This document shows positions 33,714 to 44,593 of a stretch of DNA of 64,000 nucleotides, one piece after another. Source of the stretch: Curvularia clavata (lineage: Eukaryota); the NCBI GenBank assembly GCA_023920165.1, contig CP089280.1, forward strand, positions 1,364,001-1,428,000, read 5' to 3'. The position numbers and the translations under genes were made by a program. Under the pieces are notes generated by a model. It saw nothing but the letters and a program-made list of their open reading frames with translations. It was not told where the DNA came from and ran no database searches. The stretch's first letter is position 1. Each line of letters starts with the position of its first letter.

Positions 33714-36700
33714 ATGGGTTGGTTAATAGGGAGCTTGTTTGCTTACTGCACTGCATCATTGGTTGTTGGGAGTAATGAGGCGTTGCTGAATCCACAGAGT
33801 GAGTGAGAGATAGAAGTCTGGTAGTGAAGACTGGCTAATTCTTGCCTAAGCAGATGCAAGAACATCCAATACCCACAATACTGATGCAATATTGCCAATA
33901 TTTCCGCGTCGCGAGCTGTCTTTTCGCAATGATACTAGCGTATCGGAGAAGTCGGTATATACTACGCGCACCTCATCAGTGCTTATTGCCGCTGCCGTCG
34001 CGACACCAACAGAGACGGTGCTCCCTTCGACATCAACTCTAAAGGAATACAGTTTTCCATCAAAATCTCCATCTCCGGAATCTTCATCACATACGTTACT
34101 CGAACCGAGTAGCAATGTGCCTTCCACGTCATCTGCCTTGGATAGCTCAGGGGTAGTGTCGCGTGGTACCACGAAAAGGTCGATCGCACCTCCAATCATT
34201 TCCATAATAGCTACAGCCTCAACACATGTATGGGTATCCGAGCAAGTCCATTCAGATATCTCCGGAGTCGCGTCATCAATAAACCCGTCACGATCCGCTT
34301 CGAGTTTAGCAGTGACACCGGAGCCTAAGCCGAGCCTGGGCGGTTCACTCTTGTCAACATTATTACAAGATGTAGCTTCGTCTCAAACAGCAAGCGCTCA
34401 GCTGCCAAAAATTACTTCCGGCCTCGTTTATTCGTTGTCGGATAGTCTGATAACTAATCTACTGTCGACAACACACAGCGAAACACAACAGCAATGGAAT
34501 CAAAGCACAGCCTCAAGTGCCATTTTACAACCTACGACAACACAAAATGCAGAAATTTTGGCATCAGAGTCGTCATTTGCACCATCCCCAACCGCTGTGG
34601 TGTCAAGTCTGCAAAAACAGCATGTCGAGGCACCGACTGAAACATCTAGTGCATTTTCAAATCTCGGTACAGCACTATTGATGGTTTCTAATGCTTCAAA
34701 AACTGCCAATGGTCTGCAACAGCATTTAGTGTCTAGCTTGGCCAACTGGGCGCCCCTGATATCTTCTACATCTGGTGCCAGTCGAAGCAGTGGCACTGAA
34801 GTAGCGACTTCAACAACAACCACGCTGACCAAGACCATCCCTCAGCAAACAGCTTTGGTTTCAGAGGTTGTGGAGAAACCTTTTACATCAATAACACCAG
34901 CACCGAGCAATACTTCGTCTTCCACATTTTTGGCTACGACCTATTCTGAGAAGAGTGCAGCTAATGCCCCTTGGTCATCACTTGTCTTTACCTGGGCCAA
35001 CTCCCATACTACCATCCTTTCGACGCCCATTCTGCCAGCAAAATCTGCTATACCAACAACTTCTAACATATACACGGATAGTAATATCTCCAGTGTTGTG
35101 CCTACTACACACAAAACTGGAACACCTCAATCGGCCAGTCCAAGTACTTTGGGCCCATACGCGACACCCGTCCAAGGAAATAACCTTTTCTTACCTTCTG
35201 GAATACATCCTGCTTCCGCCTCTGGTAATGAAGACATCTCTAGTAGGGCTAGGAGTAATTCATCTCCCCAGATGACGCAAACGAGGCTACAGCTTGTATC
35301 TATATCAGCACCAATCCTGTCAGCATCTCTGATGCTAACTACCATTCAAACTTCAACACCAACACGTATTGCGGAGATCGCAGAGGCACAATATGTGTCT
35401 AGTGGCATCCTTTCTACAATAACTTCTCTACCGTGTTCAAATATCTCCAAACCATTTACTGGATGGACAAATACTTCTGCACCTAAGCCAATTGCAACTG
35501 GTGCCGCTTTCATTCCACCATCTATTTCGACTGGCCTAAAAGTCAACTCGAGTACAGACCCACTTGTTATCTGGTATATGAGCCGAACATCAAGTATTTC
35601 CTCCACCAGTACATCGCCACCCGTCTCCAAATACATGGATATCAGCAGCTTTGTCACCCGAACAAGAACATCGAGTTCAGAGCCACAGTCGCAAGCAATA
35701 TTGGTAGCCAGCGATGTCAATACAGCCATAACAGCGAGTACAAATACCACTCTTCTTCCAATACACAGCCCTACTGAGACAGTAGCCGCAACACCCTCAC
35801 CTCCATTGACCACATCTGAGGCTGCCGGAGTTGCCATTGGGGGCACAGCTGGACTTCTCCTTGCGATCATCGCTGCAGTCTTTGTTGCTCGCCGCTACCA
35901 CGCAGCCCGTTCAGCAAGACAAGGAAGTGATGGGTCGTCCGGTGTATACCCTCAACTCGCCTATTTGTACGATCCTTCGCTTGGACGTGCAGAAAGTGAC
36001 AACGGCAGTGACGACGAGGCATCGACCTTCATGTCTGGGGGTGCAACGGGTCAACTACTTACACCAACAAGAAGCAGAACGCCGCCTGCTCCTCCACACA
36101 ATTCTGTGGATTTTGGATATCGTCGACTGTATAGCTCTGAAGCACGCTACAGCGACCCCGGCAACCCGTTCACAGATGTCGAGGACCCTTTTCTGGAGTG
36201 GAGGAGCAGTGACGTGATCAGTACAGCGAGCGACACGAGACTTGCTCTTGCTGCTGCCGTTGCAAGATATAGTAATGGTCCTCAGAAACCGCTCCCTCCA
36301 CTACCCAGCAACGTTTCTACACATGCTTTCCGCGACCACATCATTCCTTCTCCGACACTAAGTCCAATCACAAATGGGCATGGCTTACGGTGCAGTGTTG
36401 TAAGATCATCAAGTCTGAGCAGTGTTCAGAGTCAAAGATCACTAAGAAAACTCCATTGCTCTTCTTCATCGAATTCGGGTTCGAGAGACTATGGAAAAGG
36501 AACGAGGCAAAGTCTGACGTCTATCCACGAGACCGACAGTCATCATCGGGTGTCGGATCTGATGGAGCACGATCTTCTCTTGCCCGTTGACACACGAAGT
36601 GAAACATCAGACTCAGTGGTCGTGTATGCGTCTACACTGACATCAAAATCACTGACACAATACTCAATCCCGGCCTCCTTCACGAACAACCCAGACTGCA

Positions 36701-37173
36701 CGTCTTCGAGAGAAAACACACCACATTCAAACCCCCCACCCAACCACTCCACGCAATCTCCCACTCATTACTCCGGGCCACCACCCGTTAATTCCAATAC
36801 TACAGACGTATCCTATGCCGACTTTCCCTCACCCCCAACCGCCATCTGCACCCCCACCCACAAAGGCTGGGACGAAATAAAACGTATGTCAACCGACTAC
36901 ACAGTTCTCAGGGCTCCTCTCTCGCCACTCTCGCCCTCTTCCTTCTCACCAACTTTCCCCTCGCCGCCTCCTCCCTTGAAACAGCGCTCGCTTGTAAATC
37001 TCACACAGAAAACAAGTTTATCAGGTATCAGTACCACAGGCCAACCTAGGGGCTGGCGAGGTCATCCTTCTTTTCCTGCACCACTGAGAATCAGGACGAG
37101 GTTTGAGGAAGGTGAAAGGAAGGGGTTTGATGCGAAGAGGAAGAGTTTGGGGGATTTGAGGGGAGAGAGGTAA
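33714..37173 (+). CDS. Ser/Thr-rich single-pass membrane protein (mucin/cell-wall-sensor-like)
   Basis: Signal-like exon 33714-33798, intron 33799-33853 restoring frame, long S/T ectodomain, TM GVAIGGTAGLLLAIIAAVFVARR, cytoplasmic YPQLAYLYDP and NPF motifs. Confidence 0.8.
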
Positions 37174-38279
37174 GGATTTCACAATGGTAAGGTTGGAGAT
37201 CGAAGGAAGATGATGAGTGACGGAAATCTTTCCTGTGATAACTATACAAAGCACTTTCTTTACATATGTATTTTACCTTTTAGTACCTGCTGTGTTGCAA
37301 GGATGACTGTTTTTTAATTTGTACGGGGCCGGCGAGGAGAGCAGTGTATGATTCCCCTGTATGTATAATTATTTTCTACCTTTTCGACTGACTGACGCAA
37401 TGGAGGAGTTTTGAATTTCCCATTTTCCCTCTTGCTCATCAATACCTCTTTACTATTATACCACTTAGCATTCTTTCTCTAGGCTCATTTTTCCCTGAGT
37501 CATACGATCTGGTATTCCCAGCCATGCTCATCCCACTTCCGTGATCTTTTTCCCCTGCGTAAGTCGATTAAAGGGTATCGCAGTGCTACAATAAAACTCA
37601 TATACAAACGTTCCTTACTCGTTCTTTCAAACATCTTGCAAGCTGTGGACGAAACACAGAATCTTCACAGAATCTTCTATCCCATATCTTCTACCTCACA
37701 AACATTACATGCCTATAGTGCTACCAACTCCGCATTCGTGTACCATCGCCCAATTCCCAAGTCCCATCCCACAGCCTACTACACTAATACCACCACTATC
37801 CCACAGCCCCACTCAATCCGAACATAACCTCTGGGCATCGCGATCCCAAGATGCCGTCCCATCCCGTCCTGCAAGCCCTCTTCCTCCTTCCCCTCTTCGC
37901 ATACATGGGAAAGCTTAAACGCAACAAATTGCATTTGCCCCGCTTCGACACTCAACGCTTGACTCTCGCCCTACGGAACAAACGGCACCTACGGGCACCT
38001 CCATCCCCATTCCCATCGTCCCATCACTCCACTTACCAAGGGATGTCAGAATCAGGTTTATGTGTCCCGCCAGCCACACAGCGCGCTACTCCATCTCTGC
38101 GCCCTAGGCTCGTAGTAGTACACCCGAAGCTCCTTCTTACTTGCTTGCCGAGCGAGCGAGTTGCGCCTAAGAAAAAAGAGAGAGTTTTCAACCACCTAAA
38201 ACAGCATTTCTTCAGCTCTTTGCACTAAACTAGTCTAGTACATAGAGCCGTTGAAACCTTCTTTTACATACTTTCTCAG

Positions 38280-40430
38280 CCTCCTTCTTATCTTTCCCGC
38301 CAACAAACCCCCCGCCCCCGCGAACCCGCGCCTTACTCCTAGCGCCGCCTAAACGTCGGGAAGCATGCAGGCTTAGCTGTGTTGTCAGCCCGGTATATGG
38401 CTCCGTGGCCTACCGGATGAGGCGGGCGGGGGCGGGCTGGAGAAGAGAGGAGAATGGGGAGGGGGGAAGACGGTGAGGGGTAAGAAAGCTGTAATCGACG
38501 GAGAGAAAGGACAAAGCGAGAAATTGTGAAAGAGATTGGGAGAGGGGTAGATACATTCTACGCACGTAATCGTCAATGCCGCTAGACGGAGATACCCGCC
38601 CTTGCTCTTCACCCCTCGCAATCAGAATCCCAGGTGCATGTCTGCGGGACTATTGACTTGACCCCACTGTAACACTCTCTGCCAATGCCGATGGATGCAG
38701 TGGAGAAGAGATGGGTGGAGTTCGACTAGGATTCTTGACGGGGAACAGGAAGGGCGGATGCGGGCTAGCTAGGATGTACGTAAACTTGATGGTAGGTCCA
38801 CGGAGGTAGGAGGAAGTTTACCCCTCCATGTCGGCTTACGAGAGACATCATACTAGCAGCCATGGCGCTGGAAAAGTTGATGATGGGGAAGTATGTACGG
38901 AGATGCAAGATGCAAGACGTGAGAGCGAAAGCGAAAGCGCCAAACAAAGAGCAAAAGGAACAACAGATGCCTGGCCCCATTCTCTTCATCACGTGTGGCA
39001 AAGAGGGTGCTACCTACACCTAAGCGTCGCATGTTGGACCTTGGTTTCGTGTTCTCTTTGCTTCTTCTGGTTCTCCCCTCCCGAACTACGCAGGGTAAAA
39101 GAACAGAAGAAGGAAAAAACAAACAGCAATGAAAACCATCTCATTTGCCGGAAATAAACGCCGCTGCGAGCGAAGAAAGCGGTAGGAAGAAAGAGGGGGG
39201 AGAAAGGACCTCTAACCCTACCGATGCAGGGAGAGAAAGCAAAATACGTCGATTGCATGCATTGTGCATGCGTTGAAGGAAGGGTCGCAAGATTAGGGAA
39301 AAGAGGAAAAAGTAAGATAGCTCAAGAGCGGCCTGTACCGGGGAGTGTCTGTCTGGGGATGCATGCACATACACAAGGAGATAACGGTGAACTATCAGCA
39401 CGAGTGTCTGTGTGTGAGCGTGTGCGCACTGGAAAGACAGTTAGGCTGGGGGCAGAAACCCACATCTGGATGTGGTATGAGCCTCCGCGGCTGCATCAGA
39501 CACCCCGGTGGCAATAAATATGATGCAACATCAGGGCTTTGGAAAAAGAAAACGTGGCAAAAAGAAAGAACAGGGCGAAGAAGGAAAGATGTCATGTTAC
39601 TTTTGTTCGCCTGCTTCGTGCAGCTACTGCATTCGTGCATGGCTATTGTAGCAGGGCTGGCACAGGCCGCCGAACTGCTTTTCCGGGTAATTTTTGGCTA
39701 CCAAACTTTGTTCGGGGAGACAGGTCCCACGTCGCGTGGCGTGGCCGGAGGCGACTCCGGTATGCACGCTAAGGCTCTCACAGCCTCGCTTCACTATCCA
39801 TGTTTTTGGCAGTTCTCTCTTTTCCGGCTTGGGCAGCCCGTGTGCACACGCGGGCAAGAAGGGGTGTTCAGCCGGAATCAACCGGAGGCGCACGGGCGGT
39901 GAGATAGAAGAAAGTAAAGTTCCGAAACCAAAAAGCAATCATACACAGGACGTCATCAAGCTGTGCTCCGCAATCTCCTATGCACGAGCATGGGTCCGAC
40001 TAGATCTCATCTTGCATATGCACGTCGATGCATGCACGCACGCAGCCAGGAAGAGCACGAGGGGTCTTTGTATGCAAGAACTGATCCACTTTATTCGTTT
40101 TTCCATGTGCAGTATGCCATGACCTGACTGCTATACATCATAATGTAGCATCGTGAAATCCGGGGCTCGCGACGGTGGCCACGAGAAGCATCGGTGCTGG
40201 AAGCCATTGCTTCTTCGCCCCTGCCCTCGACTGGTCCAGAACCTCCTGGTCTTATTTCCACTGCAGAACCCGGCTTGGAACATCGCAATCGTGGTCTTGA
40301 TTTCGATGTTCCAGATTGTGAATCCATCAACGCCTAGAACCGGCTGAAACCCGCTAAACATGGCTGAATTTGCAGTTGCCGTCGGCTCCTGGCGTTCATC
40401 GCGATGAAGAGCTAACCGTTGGCCTTGAGA
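38280..40430 (+). ncRNA. TER: Candidate telomerase RNA (ends approximate; core 38785-39960)
   Basis: Template CTAACCCTA 39212-39220. TBE AGGTCC 38794-38799 / GGACCT 39206-39211. Pseudoknot 39670-39715 pairing with 39916-39924. Enclosing helix CTTGATGG 38785-38792 / TCATCAAG 39953-39960. Many long hairpins and no credible ORF. Confidence 0.72.
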
Positions 40431-40577
40431 AAAAGAAAGGAAATGGGTAAGAAAAAAGAAATTACAAGAAAAAAGAAGAAAAGTACATACCAATTGCAGT
40501 GACACGGCTCTCGCGATCTTGTTCAGTAATATCCATTCTGTCAATCGTCCCCAGATACGCATCCTCAGCCCAAACGT

Positions 40578-43127
40578 TTATGGGGCGTCGGGGCAGTCGC
40601 ACCTGTGCTTCTTGCGGTTCCACAATTCGATGAGCCACTGATGAGATGCCTCGACTTCAATAGGGCCAGGACACAGAGGAAGCTTTTGTCGGTACTGCCT
40701 CTCATACTCACGAATCAACCGATGATGGTCGATCTCATGAATCATACGCTCAATCAGCTCCTTGGTTCGTCCGCTGGTCTGGGGAATCGCATGAAGTGTA
40801 TCCTCAGCCACGGCTCTAGCTTCGTCCGTCGAAAGCTGAGCGAGCTTGTAAAAATATTGGCGGCTGTATACCTCCGAGGATGTGTCTTGGAGTGGAGTCA
40901 GACCACCTAGCTCGCTTACGAGGATCAAAGGGCGCTCAGTGTAACTCCAGGTTTGCGCATCATGGAGTGAACTGCGATACAATACCTGTATGTCGAAGAG
41001 GTGTAACTTGGTCGCGCCTACATGGGCAGCGTTCAAAAGTTCCTGCCTCAAGCCACTGGCATCTAGATTCGCATGGATGATCGGGTTTTCTGAGTCGAGG
41101 TTGATGCTCCGAGCTTCAGCCTTGGTGACGCGGACTTTAACAAATAGCGTATGTACTTGTCCTAGGTACAGCTGAGGAATCACCCGGTTTCCACACAACT
41201 CGACGACTTCGCAACCGGGTTTACTGCGGATGTCGACGTTCAAGGCAGTCAGCTCGCCGACAGGCTTGGCGCATCGGGCATTTTGCAAGATACATTTGAT
41301 GCGACTAGGAGTCGACTGATACTTGGACCAGTTGCTAGCGAATACGTTGATGCAGCAGTCCTCGGTGCAAACAGTGTCCTGAGATTCCGGCTCGCGGCGG
41401 TAGGGCAGTATTGCCGGGTTGACTCGATGGAGCTGGAGATCTGGAAAGGACTTGGAAACATCATGAAGAACATGGGCTGCGGGCGACAGTATAATGATGT
41501 GGGTACGGCCTGCCTTGAGACGTTCGACTTCAAGGGACCTCGCTATGCCAAGGATGACATCAGTCATAGACGGGTTAGGTCGAGGCGGATCCCAGACTTG
41601 GACGCCAGTATGCGCAATTGTGGAGGTGAGCTCTCGGAATATTGACTCCGTCTCTCTGATGAAGTCCCGTAGCGGGTACAGTATATCAGGCCGATTTCCG
41701 GTGACTTTCCGGTGAGTGCAATGGGTCGTGTATAGCGCCAGTCGGTCCCCTGAGCCGAGATGATACTGCGAAAAGTAAGCATGCGACAGCTGCTTTTTCC
41801 GTGCTAATGCGGCCTACCAGAGCTCCATTAACGGCTTCCAGGGATTTTTCGAGACAGGTATCAGTCACATAGTAGCTAGGGTTTACATTAGCTAGCGTTT
41901 CAAGGCTGCTTAATTCGCATTTACCCATTGTCTACCACGAAGACTACGTCTATAGTGGCATCGGGTAAAGACCTCCGATTGTGCAAAACGCCCTCAATGT
42001 CAATCGCGACTGTAACTTCCTCAATGTCCCGGGTGAGCATCTTGACATCTGAGAAGAGACGAACCGCCGCCCTCAGAGTCGTTGGTAGCGAGTCCGGCTT
42101 GCATGCACTTGCCGACTCTTGGTCGTAGTCGGTGGGTGGAGGCAAGTGCTTTGTGAGTTGGTTCATGATCCCTTTGAATTTTTCTCCGCTGATGTTTTTA
42201 GTGTGATTAAGAATTCAGAGCGGTCTTTACTCACTCGCGAGCATTCCTTGCCAAATAAGCTACCAGGGCCTCTTCGTTTACCTCTTCAGTAGTCGAATTT
42301 CTCTCCGCCTCGATGACAGCTCCAGGCGTTGCAGTTGCGGTTGCGGTTGCAGAAAGAGGATCAGGTGTGTTACCAGTGCTTACATTCGTGTCCCCTGTGC
42401 CCTGGCGGCGCAACAAAGGCAGACTACTTGCAAGGAGCTTCAACTTACTTGATTTGCGCGGTCTTGACTGCTTGTTTTTCTCTTCTTGAATATGGGATGC
42501 ACCCTCAGAAGCCTCTTGAGTGCTCACGGGCTCAGGACTCTTTGTGAGTCCAGACAATCCTGGCGCGTATGCGGGCTCAGCCAGAGGCACATCTGACAGA
42601 GGCCAAGGCACAGGTTTCGAGTAACATTTTGGGGATTTATCACCTCTCTCGTCTTGACCGGTATCGCGTGGATACGTCATGCCGGCTTCGAAGCTTGATC
42701 CTGATGCTGTTGAGCGGCTATTTCTGTTCTTTGGGATGGTCAGAGGATAATGGCTCGGGGTACGGCTGATGAGCGGTAGCGCTGCGGTCCATGACCGTGG
42801 TGTTTTGAGCGGATGCGCCCAGTCAAAGAAGGACACATCGAGTTCATCATTGGGCGGTAGCTCCTAGATATCGCTCTTGATTTCGTCGATGATATCGTCC
42901 AATGGGCCAAACACGTACTGATCGCCAATTGAGCTGTGAGTAGACTTACGAAGTATGCGTCGGCGGAACGTCGTCTTGCGCAGCTTCTTTTGTATGTGCA
43001 GCGGCGATGGACAGAGGTGAGTGTGGGGAAACAAGAGGCTGCCAGTGGTCGTTGTCGCAACCATTGTAAGGTCGCCAATGTGAGCAAACGGAGGCTCAGT
43101 CACCGCACGCAGGGAACGCATTCTCAC
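40578..43127 (-). CDS. Multi-exon hypothetical protein with a vWA-like segment; in-frame TAG at 42866-42864
   Basis: Consecutive minus-strand ORFs linked by splice signals. IDVVFVVDN and HIIILSP strands resemble vWA beta-strands. Exon structure not fully resolved. Confidence 0.6.
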
Positions 43128-43476
43128 TCCTCAATTTACTGGCTCATTCACCGTGAGCCGTTGCCACGATGTGTATTGGTCTGAATTCAAAGCGAAGCTC
43201 GCTGGTAGAGGAATGAAGATGGCTAAGAAGACTAACTGATGGTCCAGCAGAGAGTAGAGATGGCACACAGGTGACGGATCAAGGCTAAGGAGAGGAAGCT
43301 AGCTCTCATCTACTCGATAGGGAAGGCACAATGGTGAGGCACATCAGCAGTCTCGTTGCGTTGCTCTTGCCGCACAAAAGGGACTTGATTGTTTACTATA
43401 GGCAGTGAGGGGACTAGAGCTAAAGGCAGTAGCCGCTTTAGCGCAGGGCTCTTACAGCGGGGACTTGACGCGCTAA

Positions 43477-44593
43477 CTAGACCTCAGCGGTTCGAGCAGC
43501 AGCCATTTCTAGGTGCATCTTCATGCTCTCCTGCATTTCTTCGTCGGCTTCACGGAAGCGTATCTGTGAAAAATAAGTGCCTAGTACTTTGAGGTTGCAT
43601 CAGTGGAGAGGGCTTACTATGTCTTCCCCAGCGCCAGTACCGTATAGTACAGGCTCGGATAGACTAGCTTTGACTGCTTTTCTCACACGCTCCTCCCACA
43701 CACCCTCCCAATTCCACTCGCCTGGGCGTCGATTAGGCCCTAGTGCATTGGCACTCTCGGACTTGTCGACTACTAACGGCTCTGGGCTGGGGGATGCGGA
43801 GGGAGAACGCTGAGCGCGCAGAATAGGAGCACGGTGCGCGCGCCAGGCGTGATAGGCACCTGGATTGGCAGCGGCCTCGAGCGGAAGCGAGTCCAATATC
43901 GACTCATCACTGAAAGTGGAGCGAATGTACTCTAGCATGCGCACAATGGAGATTTCCTCGGTCGGGCAGGAGGCACCATGAGCACCCGGAGTGACATGCA
44001 AGTCTGAAGGTGCAGGACTAGCAGGGCCAGATTCACTGGCATGGCGCGAGTCTGGCACCGACTGTCGAGTTCGCCCGAACCAGTGTGGGAAGCCGTGTCG
44101 CAGGCTGAAGCCGCCGGGTGGCAGACGCTCTTCATCCGTGGCACTTACGGTGTCGGACTCAGCGGCGCCAGTCGTGTAGGTATACGTGGTAAGCGGCGTG
44201 AGCAAGGGGTGAAAGACATCGGTGGAAAAGGTCACGAGGGGGGGTACAGCGGGATAGCTGGGTGGGAAAGAAATTTGGAAGCGTAATACGGCAGGCGCAT
44301 ATGGTCCTATCAAAAGGTGAACAAGGCCAATCTAGATGGGCAAGAAGCACAAGGCAGTCGCTTAGCCCTACGGAACACCCTACCTCTTCGCACGAAGATC
44401 ACACCGACCCACAGTGATGGGTCGCCAGGCGTGATGCTCAGGAAAACGCCATCCAGTTGCGCATAGCGCAGACGGGAGCTGTGCAAAGTTAGGTTGCGCT
44501 AGCAGGAGCGTGTGGCCTGCAAACGTACAACTCTGTGAGGAGATGCTGTCTCCGGAAGGACGGGAGGGCCGACGCAGAACCAGACAGCGGCAT
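43477..44593 (-). CDS. Ubiquitin E2-variant protein, FTS/AKTIP-like (FHF complex)
   Basis: Spliced MPLSGSASALPSFRRQHLLTEFSRLR..LWVGVIFVRRGPYAPAVLRFQISFPPSYPAVPPLVTFSTDVFHPL. No catalytic Cys is evident. Three introns. Confidence 0.8.

Noticed and set aside
39689..39697. AATTTTTGG as the Sm site marking the TER 3' end
   Set aside because: It sits inside the predicted pseudoknot, far from a plausible 3' end, and is better explained as a structural strand able to pair with CCAAAAA at 39928-34.
37851..40562. Numerous short ORFs over the candidate TER region
   Set aside because: Non-protein-like composition, overlapping on both strands, no coherent splice model.
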